Positions 31,136 to 40,885 of a stretch of 64,000 nt of DNA are shown piece after piece. The notes below the pieces were generated by a model. That model ran no database searches. It was not told the origin of the DNA and saw only the letters and a list, made by a program, of their open reading frames with translations. Source of the DNA: an uncultured delta proteobacterium (GTDB taxonomy: Bacteria > Desulfobacterota > Syntrophia > Syntrophales > Smithellaceae); contig CAVWEH010000002.1 in assembly GCA_963753975.1 (NCBI GenBank), positions 684,919-748,918 of the forward strand, in the 5' to 3' direction. The stretch's first letter is position 1, and each line of letters opens with the position of its first letter. Made by a program: the position numbers and the translations under genes.

Positions 31136-31819
31136 AGCTCTCAAGCTCCGCAATATTCCTATTATTCTAATATAGCAACTAATGTACCATTCAAATCATT
31201 TATCATAAATAAGTGTATATAATTGAAATACTTAGATTAATTATTTTCAAAAAGATAGTGGAAGCTACTTTTAAAGAAATTAGTGGGGAATAAGTCCCCA
31301 GATGTTGAGGATTTAATCAACAGTCAAAGAACTGAAAAGAGCGTTTTAATATCATTTTTAAAGCAAAGATGATATTTACGCGTCAAGGAGGAACGGCTGG
31401 ATGGAGCGATCATTACTTCATTCAAGGTTCACAGTCTTGAAGAAATTATGAACGTTCTGAAGGTCTGTTTGCCTCGTATCAAGATCATCCAATCTGAAGA
31501 GCTTAAAATATCTTCCTAGAAAATATGAAGACATGCATCTCTTGGCAGAAAGAATCCTGATCATAAGATTTCAAGGTGATCGTCATTGATTTCCAATCGA
31601 AAGGATGTATACTTGCCAAAATCACTCGATGATTGACTTCAGGAGGAAGTGCTTGCTGACTACACCTACGACTGTTCATCGTTGGCTGCAATGATAAATC
31701 TTAAATTACAAATTTTTATTTAGTAGAAAAAAACATCAAAAAAAATCAAAAGGGGTAACTATAGGGTAGCAGAGAGAAAAATAAAGGGCTAGGCGATTTG
31801 TCTAACCCCTTGATATATT

Positions 31820-31895
31820 TGGTGAGCCCTGTCGGGATCGAACCGACAACCTACTGATTAAGAGTCAGTTGCTCTACCAGCTGAGCTAAGGGCCC
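31820..31895 (-). tRNA. tRNA-Lys (CTT), CCA encoded
   Basis: Cloverleaf by eye: GGGCCCT-TA-GCTC-AGCTGGTA-GAGC-A-ACTGA-CTCTTAA-TCAGT-AGGTT-GTCGG-TTCGATC-CCGAC-AGGGCTC-ACCA. Confidence 0.9.
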
Positions 31896-32024
31896 TAAGG
31901 ACTGTTGAAAAAAGTCCATGCTGCCTGCGTTACCCTCAATATTCGTCGTTGCGACGTACATTTAGTACGACTCACTCCTCATATTTTCGGGTGCCTTGCA
32001 TCTGGCTTTTTTGAACAGTCCTTA
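31896..32024 (-). other. Long imperfect hairpin filling the tRNA-Arg/tRNA-Lys spacer
   Basis: 19-nt arms at 31896..31914 and 32006..32024 pair 18/19. They enclose about 91 nt with further partial pairing and small internal hairpins (cgtcg-ttg-cgacg, gtac-attta-gtac). The 3' arm abuts tRNA-Lys +1. Confidence 0.5.
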
Positions 32025-32061
32025 TTAAATTGGATTAAAAAACAACCCAATATATTCTTTC

Positions 32062-32138
32062 TGGTACGCCCGGTAGGATTCGAACCTACGACCAACAGAT
32101 TCGAAGTCTGCGACTCTATCCAGCTGAGCTACGGGCGC
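32062..32138 (-). tRNA. tRNA-Arg (TCG), CCA encoded
   Basis: GCGCCCG-TA-GCTC-AGCTGGATA-GAGT-C-GCAGA-CTTCGAA-TCTGT-TGGTC-GTAGG-TTCGAAT-CCTAC-CGGGCGT-ACCA. Confidence 0.9.
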
Positions 32139-32158
32139 TTATTTTCCAATCCAAAATA

Positions 32159-32236
32159 TGGGGTGAGTGAAGGGACTTGAACCCTCGGCCTCCGGGGCCA
32201 CAACCCGGCACTCTAACCAATTGAGCTACACCCACC
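32159..32236 (-). tRNA. tRNA-His (GTG) with encoded G-1, CCA encoded
   Basis: G-GTGGGTG...CCGGG-TTGTGGC-CCCGG...GAGGG-TTCAAGT-CCCTT-CACTCAC-C-CCA. The extra 5' G opposite C73 is the His identity element. Confidence 0.9.
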
Positions 32237-32246
32237 ATTTTCGCCT

Positions 32247-32323
<77 letters not shown>

Positions 32324-32458
32324 AAATATTAAATCCTGTGCACTAAAAAAGAGTTAGCCTAATATCCTCTCTGCTATTTTTTGTCAAGATCAAATGCTGA
32401 AGGAATCATGAATTATCTGACATAACCGGCAATACCATCAAACCTGTATCCGTTTCTT

Positions 32459-34155
32459 CTAACATTTCCTCCTTTCGGATCCGTTGTATAAAAATAACTG
32501 CCCGCTTGCCGAATTAAACCAACGATAAAGTTCTCTGGTATTGGTCATTCGGGATGTGGCAATGTTGCCTAATGATCCTTCAAACACATACCCCTGCAGA
32601 TTTTTCCCGCCTCCGGCTAAGATCATAATGATAAAAATGATCATTTTTTTGTGGATTATACCAGCGATAAAAACTCGTTGTCCCCGGCGTTTCCGGGGCA
32701 AATAGCCGGAAAGCAATTCCGTCTTTAGTATAACCATTTCTGATTGATCGTTTCCGTTTCTGCCTGAGGATTGGCTGTAAATAGATAATCCAATCCTTTA
32801 GAATACCGAAAAATATCAATAGCCTGTGGTACACTATCGGGTATCACTTCTACAAATACTTCGACCATTCCGTCCCCACCATTGGAATTAAATATGATAT
32901 TATCCCCATAATACCCCGGCATCATCTGCCCGGCATTTAAAGTAACAGTAAGATAATTAGTTTGACTGGTTATCGTTCCGGAATTAGGCACTATTGTTAT
33001 TCTGCCGGCAGGTATACGAATCACACTTTTTCCCAATATCTTTACGCCCTCGAATACTAAACGGTTGTCATTACTGGCAATTGTAAGAACATGAGGACCG
33101 TCAACCAGCCCTTCTGCAACCGGCAATTCCCCTTTTTTCTCTTTTAGATCGTTAACCCATCTATGATTACTAATTAATTGTTCATCAAGATATATAATTA
33201 AATTACTATTGTCCGGATAAGTTACCAGATAAAGGATTATTCCCGTTCCGTTAAAACGGAGCTTAATGGAGCTTTCGCCTTCCGTACTCGAGGGGTATCC
33301 GTCATTTACAGTCCATCTGCCCATCAAGTCCATTACTTCTTTTAGATGCCCGGGCACAGTATAAATCCCCCCGTCCGGAATTTCATCATTGACAAAAGAT
33401 ATATACCGGCCTTTTTTGAAGTTTGCCGGGTTTTCACCACGTTTAGGTTTTTGTAGCGTTACCGACCAAGTTAACATTTCCTTACCCTTATTGGTCACCT
33501 TTATCTTTTTGGAAACGGTTTTCCCCGGCGAAATACTGCCCATATCCATTCTCAAGGGATTTAAATTAATCAAAGCAGATTCCTGGGTAGAAACTATGGA
33601 AAAAGTGACAAAGATCGTTCTTAGCCCGCCTGTAGAATTAATTTTAATTGCTTCTTTATACGTTCCAGCAGACAAATTCTTACTGCAGATAAGTCTCCCA
33701 TTTTCGGCTTCTAGTTTCATTTCTACGTTGTAAAGTGCAATATCTGACCTATTATTATCGTTCAACAAAGATTCACCCGGCAGTATCCGGATTTCAATGT
33801 GTAAATAATCTACTTTTTTTTCCACTACGCCTGTTAACGGTGCACCTTCCGACGCGATCCAGCCTTCCGGCCCGTTTGTTGACCAGTTTAAAATGCCGGC
33901 TCCCATATTCTTTAATGTAAATGATCCGGCACCGGCTTCATCCGGAATTATTTTTCCCAGATTAAATTCCCGCGGTGTTATTGACAAAACCGGGCGCAAA
34001 AAATCTTCAGTATTATTTCCAGGATTTTTGCCGTTGAGCTCATTTTGTTTAATAACAGATTGATTTCCGCCGGCATTATCTTGGGCAGTTACGGTAAGGG
34101 GGAAAATTGTCAGCGCAATAACAATGAAAATAAAATATTTTTTTATCGAAATCAT
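32459..34155 (-). CDS. Large secreted protein with C-terminal DUF5648-like repeats; 3' end broken by two frameshifts
   Basis: The 476-aa track ORF (signal peptide, beta-rich repeats) continues through shifts near 32735 and 32600 into ...GYTKDGIAFRLFAPETPGTTSFYRWYNPQKNDHFYHYD... and ...GYVFEGSLGNIATSRMTNTRELYRWFNSASGQLFLY... This is the [FY]R[WF][YF]N..DHFY...GY..EG repeat. Confidence 0.65.
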
Positions 34156-34436
34156 AAATACCCCTCAAAAATGGCTGATTGACTACTAACTCAAAGATGA
34201 AATTTAAGCAACTATTTTGAAGCTCAAAGTAGCCAGATCGGGACTGTCATTAATGTTTAGGGTGAAGTCCGGTTGCAATTAGTTTATTTATCTTTCTATT
34301 ATCATTATATTAAAATAGGTATCTTGTTCAAAATGCTTGACACGACTTACAAACAAGATGTAACTTGCCAGCAATTTTTCATGATAATATTTCGAAAGCG
34401 TAGAGTTTTGCTAATTATGTTTCCGATAAAGCAATT

Positions 34437-35555
34437 ATGAATTACGATACCTTAAAATATTGGCTTGCTTTAAAATCCATTGCCGGAATCGGCAACATTG
34501 CCTTTACGGCCTTGGTGGATAAGTTTGGTTCGCCACCTTCTATTTTCAAAACTCCCGCTTCCAAGTTAACACAAATCAATGGAATTACAAAAAAAATGGC
34601 TGCTGATATCAATAACTTCGGAACTTGGGACAAAATCAACGACGACCTTGAGTTCCTGAATAAAAACAAAATTAATATAATCACTTATCAAGACGACTAT
34701 TACCCGGCAAAACTCATAAATATTTATGACCGTCCTCCTTTTCTTTATGTTCGGGGAGCTCTCACGAAAGATGATATAAATATTGCCATAGTCGGATCCA
34801 GAATGGCCAGCACCTACGGCAAATATACGACGGAAAAGATTAGCCGTGAGCTTGCCCGCAAAGGCCTAACTATAGTCAGCGGTTTAGCCCGGGGAATTGA
34901 TTCCGCGGCTCACCGTGGAGCACTTGCTGTCCAGGGCAGAACAATAGCCGTTTTGGGCAGTGGACTGGATGTTGTTTATCCGCCGGAAAACAAAAAATTA
35001 TTTGCTGATATCATTCAAACCGGTGCTGTCATTTCCGAATTCCCTCTGGGCACACCGCCGCGGTCAGCTAATTTCCCGGCTCGTAATCGTATCATCAGTG
35101 GAATATCCTACGGTGTCCTGGTGGTAGAGGCAGGAGAAAAAAGCGGCTCTCTCATTACAGCGAGGTTTGCTTTAGAACAAGGAAGGGAAGTCTTTGCCGT
35201 ACCCGGCAGCATTGATGCCGCAAGTTCGCGGGGAACCAACAAATTGATCAAACAAGGAGCCAAATTAATTGAAAATGCCGATGATATTATAGAGGAAATA
35301 TGGCCCCAACTGGAGAAAAAACCATTCCCTACAACTTCAGCCCCCACTCAACAAACAAAAAAAGTTGAGAAAAATGAAAATTTAAACCTTATTGAGCTAC
35401 AGATTATTGATCTTATCTCCGGTAAACATATTCATGTTGATGAGCTTATTTCTACTTCCGGGTTATCGCCTGCTGACATTTTAAGTACCCTGATGACCTT
35501 GGAATTAAAAGGAATTGTTAAACAGTATCCGGGAAAATTTTTTTCCTTGGCTTAA
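34437..35555 (+). CDS. dprA: DNA-processing protein DprA (Smf)
   Basis: 372 aa. GSRMASTYG, GLARGIDSAAHRGAL, VLGSGLDVVYPPEN, ANFPARNRIISG, and a C-terminal winged-helix. Confidence 0.9.
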   Translation: MNYDTLKYWLALKSIAGIGNIAFTALVDKFGSPPSIFKTPASKLTQINGITKKMAADINNFGTWDKINDDLEFLNKNKINIITYQDDYYPAKLINIYDRPPFLYVRGALTKDDINIAIVGSRMASTYGKYTTEKISRELARKGLTIVSGLARGIDSAAHRGALAVQGRTIAVLGSGLDVVYPPENKKLFADIIQTGAVISEFPLGTPPRSANFPARNRIISGISYGVLVVEAGEKSGSLITARFALEQGREVFAVPGSIDAASSRGTNKLIKQGAKLIENADDIIEEIWPQLEKKPFPTTSAPTQQTKKVEKNENLNLIELQIIDLISGKHIHVDELISTSGLSPADILSTLMTLELKGIVKQYPGKFFSLA

Positions 35556-35559
35556 TCGC

Positions 35560-35860
35560 GGAACTGAACTGCAAATCTCGTTTTGGATTCAGTTCCTCCG
35601 CTTTGCGGGATGACCCCCAATTCGACCGTCAAGCTTCGGCGGCAGTGACCTTCAGGTTATTAGGTTATAAGCTTCTCCCGGTATTCGTAACCTAAAGGTC
35701 ATCATGATCGGGGCTTCGCTTTCGGAATTGGAGTTTCACAAATAAAAAGCTTTACAAATTCAAGTCTGTCATTTATAGGGTGCGGCGAAATCGCGGGAAC
35801 CGCAAAGTAAGCTTCGGAAACCAATTCCGATACGCTTACCTTTCGGAATTGGAGTTTCAC
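35560..35860 (+). repeat. Two copies of a structured intergenic repeat (TTCGGAATTGGAGTTTCAC box family) between dprA and topA
   Basis: Boxes GCTTCGCTTTCGGAATTGGAGTTTCAC (35713..35739) and CGCTTACCTTTCGGAATTGGAGTTTCAC (35833..35860). CCAATTCCGA (35821..35830) pairs with TCGGAATTGG (35843..35852). TCCGCTTTGCGGGA mini-hairpin at 35597..35610. AAGCTTCGG occurs twice. Nested hairpin 35646..35701. Confidence 0.7.
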
Positions 35861-35876
35861 GAATAAAGGAGAGGTT

Positions 35877-38213
35877 ATGGCAAATTCTCTGGTAGTGGTG
35901 GAATCACCCACAAAAGTTAAAACGATTAAAAAATTTCTGGGCTCTGATTTTAATGTCGTTGCTTCGATGGGACATATTAAGGATCTGCCGAAAAGCGTTT
36001 TGGGCATTGATCTGGATAAGAATTTCGAGCCGACATATAATATAATTGAAACCAAGAAAAAGACAATTGATGAGTTAAAAAAAGCCGCCAAAACTGCAGA
36101 GAATATTTACCTTGCCCCCGATCCCGACCGTGAAGGTGAAGCAATCGCCTGGCATATTGCGGAAGTAGTTAATGCTAAAGATAAGAACATTTACCGCGTA
36201 CTGTTTAACGATCTCACCAAAAAAACGGTTTTAGAAGCAATCAAAAATCCCTCGGAGTTGGATTTCAATAAATACGAGGCACAGCAAACCCGCCGTATTC
36301 TCGATCGTCTGGTTGGTTATCAGATAAGCCCCATTCTCTGGGATAAAGTAAAAAGAGGATTGAGCGCTGGACGTGTCCAATCAGTCGCGGTGAGGATGAT
36401 TTGCGAAAGAGAAGACGAAATAAATAAATTCGTTCCTGAAGAATATTGGAATCTTCTGGCGCAATTTGAGGGAGAGAACCCTCCGCCTTTTGAAGCGAAA
36501 TTAATCAAGGTCGACGGGAAAAAAGCAAAAGTTGTCAGTGGCGAACAAGCTAATCGACTGGCCGATACATTAAAAAAATCGTCTTTTATTGTCGAGAAGC
36601 TGGAGAAAAAGGAGATAAAACGTTCATCGCCGCCGCCTTTCACTACCAGCAAGTTACAGCAGGAAGCATCACGCTGGTTTAGGTTTTCAGCAAAAAAGAC
36701 AATGATGGTTGCCCAAAAATTATATGAAGGTATCGAATTGGGTAGCGAAGGCTCTGTGGGCCTGATCACATATATGAGAACCGACTCGTTCCGCATTGCC
36801 GAAGAAGCGCTTAAAGAGGTGCGCGATTATATCCAGGAAAATTATTCGCCTGATTACCTGCCGGATAAACCCCACTTTTTTAAAAATTCGCAAAAAGCCC
36901 AAGATGCCCATGAAGCAATCCGACCATCCAGCATGTCTCACAAACCGCAAGCCATTAAAGATTATTTATCCAATGATGAGTTCAGGCTTTATCAACTTAT
37001 TTGGAACCGCTTTACTGCCAGTCAAATGAATCCGGCTATTTTCGATCAAACAACTATTGATATTGCCGGTGCTAATTGTCTCTTTCGAGCGCAGGGACAG
37101 GTATTGAAGTTTCCGGGTTTTACGATTGTCTATACCGAAGGCAAAGATGAAAAGGAAGAAGACAGCGAGCTAGGAAAAATGCTGCCGGAAGTTAAAGAAG
37201 CCGAACAAATGAAGCTGCTTAAATTAAATACGGAACAAAAGTTCACCCAGCCGCCGCCACGTTTTTCGGAAGCATCATTGGTGCGTGAACTGGAAGAGAA
37301 GGGAATAGGACGGCCAAGCACTTACGCCAATATTCTCTCCACCATTAAGGATCGGGAGTATGTGCATCTGGAAAAAGGCAAATTCTTTCCAACAGAAATG
37401 GGCAAGGTTGTCACCGAGCTTTTAGTCCAAAGCTTTCCGACGGTTCTGGACATCGCTTTTACCGCCGACATGGAAAACAAACTGGATATGGTTGAAGATG
37501 GTTCCAGTCAGCGAGTGAAAATCCTTAAAGACTTTTACAACCCTTTTGCTGAAGAATTGAAAAAAGCAAAAGATGAGATGCGCAACGTCAAGACGGAAGA
37601 GACTCCGACCGACTTGGTTTGCGAAAAATGCAATTCGCCCATGGTGATCAAATGGGGGAAAAACGGAAGATTTCTTTGTTGTTCCAATTATCCCGAATGT
37701 AATAACACGATGAATTTCACACACGATGAAAATGGCAAGGTAAAACACGTGGAAAAACAAAAAACAGATATTAAATGCAGCAAATGCGGTAAAGACATGC
37801 TGGTCAAAGAGGGCCGTTTCGGACAGTTTCTGGCCTGTTCGGGCTATCCGGAATGTAAGAATACCATGACCGCGACAAAAAACGAGAATGGCGAAATCGT
37901 CGCGCAGGAAGCGCCGACAACTGACGAAGTTTGCGAATTGTGCAGCAAGCCGATGACCGTCAAGCGCGGTCGCTATGGTCAATTTCTGGGTTGTACCGGT
38001 TATCCCGAATGCAAAAATATCAAAAAGATGGGTAAGGACGGCAAGGTGGCAACGCAGGAATCTGAAGTAACAGAAGAAGTCTGCGAAAATTGCGGCAAGC
38101 CGATGGCGATCAAGCGCGGCCGCTATGGCCAGTTCTTGGGATGCACTGGTTATCCCGAATGTAAAACCATCAAAAAAATACCTAAAAATAAATCGAGCGA
38201 ACCACAGGTATGA
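35877..38213 (+). CDS. topA: DNA topoisomerase I with four C-terminal C4 zinc ribbons
   Basis: 778 aa. Toprim (VVVESPTKVKTI, DPDREGEAIAWH), active-site region LITYMRTDS, and four CxxC...CxxxxC repeats. Confidence 0.95.
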   Translation: MANSLVVVESPTKVKTIKKFLGSDFNVVASMGHIKDLPKSVLGIDLDKNFEPTYNIIETKKKTIDELKKAAKTAENIYLAPDPDREGEAIAWHIAEVVNAKDKNIYRVLFNDLTKKTVLEAIKNPSELDFNKYEAQQTRRILDRLVGYQISPILWDKVKRGLSAGRVQSVAVRMICEREDEINKFVPEEYWNLLAQFEGENPPPFEAKLIKVDGKKAKVVSGEQANRLADTLKKSSFIVEKLEKKEIKRSSPPPFTTSKLQQEASRWFRFSAKKTMMVAQKLYEGIELGSEGSVGLITYMRTDSFRIAEEALKEVRDYIQENYSPDYLPDKPHFFKNSQKAQDAHEAIRPSSMSHKPQAIKDYLSNDEFRLYQLIWNRFTASQMNPAIFDQTTIDIAGANCLFRAQGQVLKFPGFTIVYTEGKDEKEEDSELGKMLPEVKEAEQMKLLKLNTEQKFTQPPPRFSEASLVRELEEKGIGRPSTYANILSTIKDREYVHLEKGKFFPTEMGKVVTELLVQSFPTVLDIAFTADMENKLDMVEDGSSQRVKILKDFYNPFAEELKKAKDEMRNVKTEETPTDLVCEKCNSPMVIKWGKNGRFLCCSNYPECNNTMNFTHDENGKVKHVEKQKTDIKCSKCGKDMLVKEGRFGQFLACSGYPECKNTMTATKNENGEIVAQEAPTTDEVCELCSKPMTVKRGRYGQFLGCTGYPECKNIKKMGKDGKVATQESEVTEEVCENCGKPMAIKRGRYGQFLGCTGYPECKTIKKIPKNKSSEPQV

Positions 38214-38214
38214 T

Positions 38215-38332
38215 CTCCAAAGCAAGTTTTGGAGAAATTTCACAGCAATCTGCTGTTATCATACCTTCCGCTTTGCGGGATAGTTCAACTTAACAATTCC
38301 AATACGCTTCGCTTTTGTAATTGGAGTTTCAC
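38215..38332 (+). repeat. Third copy of the same intergenic repeat family between topA and trmFO
   Basis: Hairpin CTCCAAA-gcaag-TTTGGAG (38215..38234). TCCGCTTTGCGGGA (38267..38280). CAATTCCAA...CGCTTCGCTTTTGTAATTGGAGTTTCAC (38305..38332), whose GGAG here serves as the trmFO RBS. Confidence 0.7.
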
Positions 38333-38334
38333 AT

Positions 38335-39659
38335 ATGAAATCAGGGCAGGTCATGATTATCGGCGGGGGCTTAGCCGGTTGTGAAGCTGCATGGCAACTC
38401 CTGCGACATGGCCATGCGGTTCGTCTTTATGAAATGAAACCGCAGAAGTATTCACCCGCCCACAAAATGGATACATCTGGCGGAACTTAGTTTGCAGCAA
38501 TTCATTTAAATCCAATAGCCTCGATAATGCCACGGGATTACTCAAAGAAGAAATGCGCCGGCTCAGTTCGCTGATAATAAAGACAGCGGACGGCACGGCG
38601 GTTGCCGCAGGTTCCGCGCTGGCTGTTGATCGCACTCAATTTGCCCAAAAAGTAGAAGCACAACTCCAGCAGCAAAAGAATTTTACTCTAAGTAGAATCG
38701 AAGTTGCCAAAATCCCGGAAGATTCTCGGACGATAATTGCCACGGGTCCACTCACTTCCGATGCTCTGGCAGAAAATATTGCGCAAATACTGGGCAACTC
38801 CTATTTATACTTTTACGATGCTATAGCACCGATAGTCGAGGCGGACTCTATTAATATGGACAAAGTTTTCTGGGCATCGCGCTATGATAAAGGCACACCT
38901 GATTATCTGAACTGCCCACTTACCGAAGATGAGTATAAACACTTCCGGCAGGAACTACTGGATGGCAAAAAAGTTGCCATGAAATCCTTTGAAGAAATAA
39001 AACATTTTGAAGGCTGCCTGCCGATTGAAGTACTGGCCGCGCGCGGCGAAGATACCCTTGCTTTCGGCCCGATGAAGCCGGTGGGCCTGATCAATCCCAA
39101 AACTGGAGTAATGCCTCACGCTGTAGTTCAGTTGCGCCGGGAAAATACTGTAGGATCACTCTTTAACTTGGTCGGCTTTCAGACTAAACTCACCTGGCCC
39201 CAGCAGGAGCGCATCTTCCGCCTTATTCCCGGTTTGGAAAATACTCAGTTTGCCCGGATGGGCAGCATCCATCGCAACACTTACATCAACTCCCCTGCCC
39301 TGCTGCAACCATCATTGCAATTAAAAACTAATCCCAATATTTTCTTTGCCGGTCAAATTACCGGAGTTGAAGGTTACACGGAATCGGCAGCTATGGGACT
39401 TTTGGCCGGATTAAATGCTGCGGCTCTCATCGAAGGAAGACAATTACAGCCTCCTCCCCTGAAGACGGCGCTGGGAGCCCTTCTCCACTATATTACCTCC
39501 TCAAAATCCGCCAATTGCTTTCAGCCAATGAACATTAATTTCGGCTTATTGGAGAAACTACCCGAAAAAAAATACAAAAAAAAAGATAAAAACATTTTGT
39601 ACATTAATAATTCGCTAAAAGCCTTGAACGAATGGATTAGAACCCAGAAGTTAGACTGA
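38335..39659 (+). CDS. trmFO: Folate-dependent tRNA (m5U54) methyltransferase TrmFO (Gid), frameshifted near 38465-38490
   Basis: N-terminus [23 protein letters not shown]...[13 protein letters not shown], then HLAEL and [25 protein letters not shown] in other frames (two indels within about 25 nt). The remaining 368 aa are collinear with Bacillus TrmFO as I recall it. Confidence 0.85.
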
Positions 39660-39868
39660 TTTTTTACCTCTTTACCCGTTTACTTTTACGAGGGGCAACG
39701 TTATTTTGGATTAGTGTAAATAACATTGATGACAAGGTTTCCTTGATTTAATTCTTCAGAGACAAATAAGGAAAACCGATAGAAATTATGCTGAAATTTT
39801 CTTCGCTAAAAATATTGATTCGCGGCTTATATTTATTCAAAATCAGAAAAGAAAGTAAAACGCCGCGA

Positions 39869-40534
39869 TCAATAACAGTGCTGGACCATGTCCGGCGAAC
39901 CCGAATCCATTTTTTCCATGAGAGTTTCAATATCGGCGATGGGCAATGCACCACCGGAATTCTTGATGAACACACTAACATATTTATTGTCATGTTCCGT
40001 TTTTATATAAAATTCCTTCAAATTACTCATCAGCGCCCTGGACATCGCAAACCGAATTAATCTCCAAAAAGCCAGCGACAGATCTGCGGCAGTGCCTTTA
40101 AAACTGGGAACATCGTTATTCAGCTGTACGTCTTTCTTGATTTCGTGTTTAAAATCCAAATAAAAATTGAAAAAGCGCATTTCTTCGGCCAGTAATTGAG
40201 AAAGATTTATTCTATTTTCTTCCTTTGCATCCAACGCATAAAACTTACCGGCCACATCTCTAAACAGGCTAAAGAACAATTCGGATTCCTGGCTCACGGC
40301 TTGAATTTCCGTCCTGATCCGCTGTAAATCTTCTTTCATCCCTGCCGCCGCCTTCGGATATCTTTCCTCCATTTTTTTTGCACTTTCTTCGATACGGCGC
40401 AAGAGCAGCTTAGAGCGCCCCATTATACTATTTAGAGGATTGGCGAAATTATGGAGAATACCGGGAATGAGTTCCTTGATAAAGGATGCCGCAAATTCTT
40501 CTTCTAAAGTTCGATAAATTTCAACTCTATCCAT
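39869..40534 (-). CDS. Soluble histidine-kinase-like protein (DHp H-box plus degenerate ATPase region)
   Basis: 221 aa. H-box-like GILHNFANPLNSIMG. No TM or sensor domain. The C-terminus (IKNSGGALP) is only weakly HATPase-like. Confidence 0.5.
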   Translation of the reverse strand: MDRVEIYRTLEEEFAASFIKELIPGILHNFANPLNSIMGRSKLLLRRIEESAKKMEERYPKAAAGMKEDLQRIRTEIQAVSQESELFFSLFRDVAGKFYALDAKEENRINLSQLLAEEMRFFNFYLDFKHEIKKDVQLNNDVPSFKGTAADLSLAFWRLIRFAMSRALMSNLKEFYIKTEHDNKYVSVFIKNSGGALPIADIETLMEKMDSGSPDMVQHCY

Positions 40535-40885
40535 TCCCGCTCCTCATTTAAAACTACTGCAACTTCGTACGCAAAGCAAATTTAGCTTCGCGGCTAGCTT
40601 TTTTAATTTTTTATTTTCCCAGCGAACGGATTTTCCATTTATTATCCATCTAAAGTGGTGCCGAGAATTCTCGTTTGGATAGACCGAGTATAGGAAGAAG
40701 GAACTTTTGTGTCAAGATAATTAAGCAATAGATGCCAAATTACTTGACATAATATTAAATTTAATGATTAAACTGTACTGCTGTTTAGGCGGAACTTGCG
40801 GCCCTGTAAGGCTATATAATTCTATGCCATATTGAGAAATTATTATGCTCTTCAATAAACATTATGTTCAGGAGGTATAAACATC

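Noticed and set aside
31955-31972. T7-promoter-like string TAGTACGACTCACTCC in the tRNA spacer.
   Set aside because: Only about 13 of 16 positions match TAATACGACTCACTATAG, and the critical -1 to +3 region differs. There is no phage context, so this is most likely chance.
31905-32180. 91-aa plus-strand ORF across the tRNA cluster.
   Set aside because: It overlaps tRNA-Arg and tRNA-His on the opposite strand as well as the spacer hairpin. There is no RBS, so it is spurious.
37422-38243. A 273-aa minus-strand ORF. Similar long antisense or alternate-frame ORFs occur at 17990..18574, 18722..19360, 12011..12472, 48636..49184, 49269..49781, 50597..51082, 51443..52129 and 36320..36796.
   Set aside because: All lie entirely inside strongly supported genes (topA, mdtB, tupB, fadB-like, acyl-CoA dehydrogenase) on the opposite strand or in another frame. 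They have low-complexity, non-protein-like composition and are shadow ORFs.
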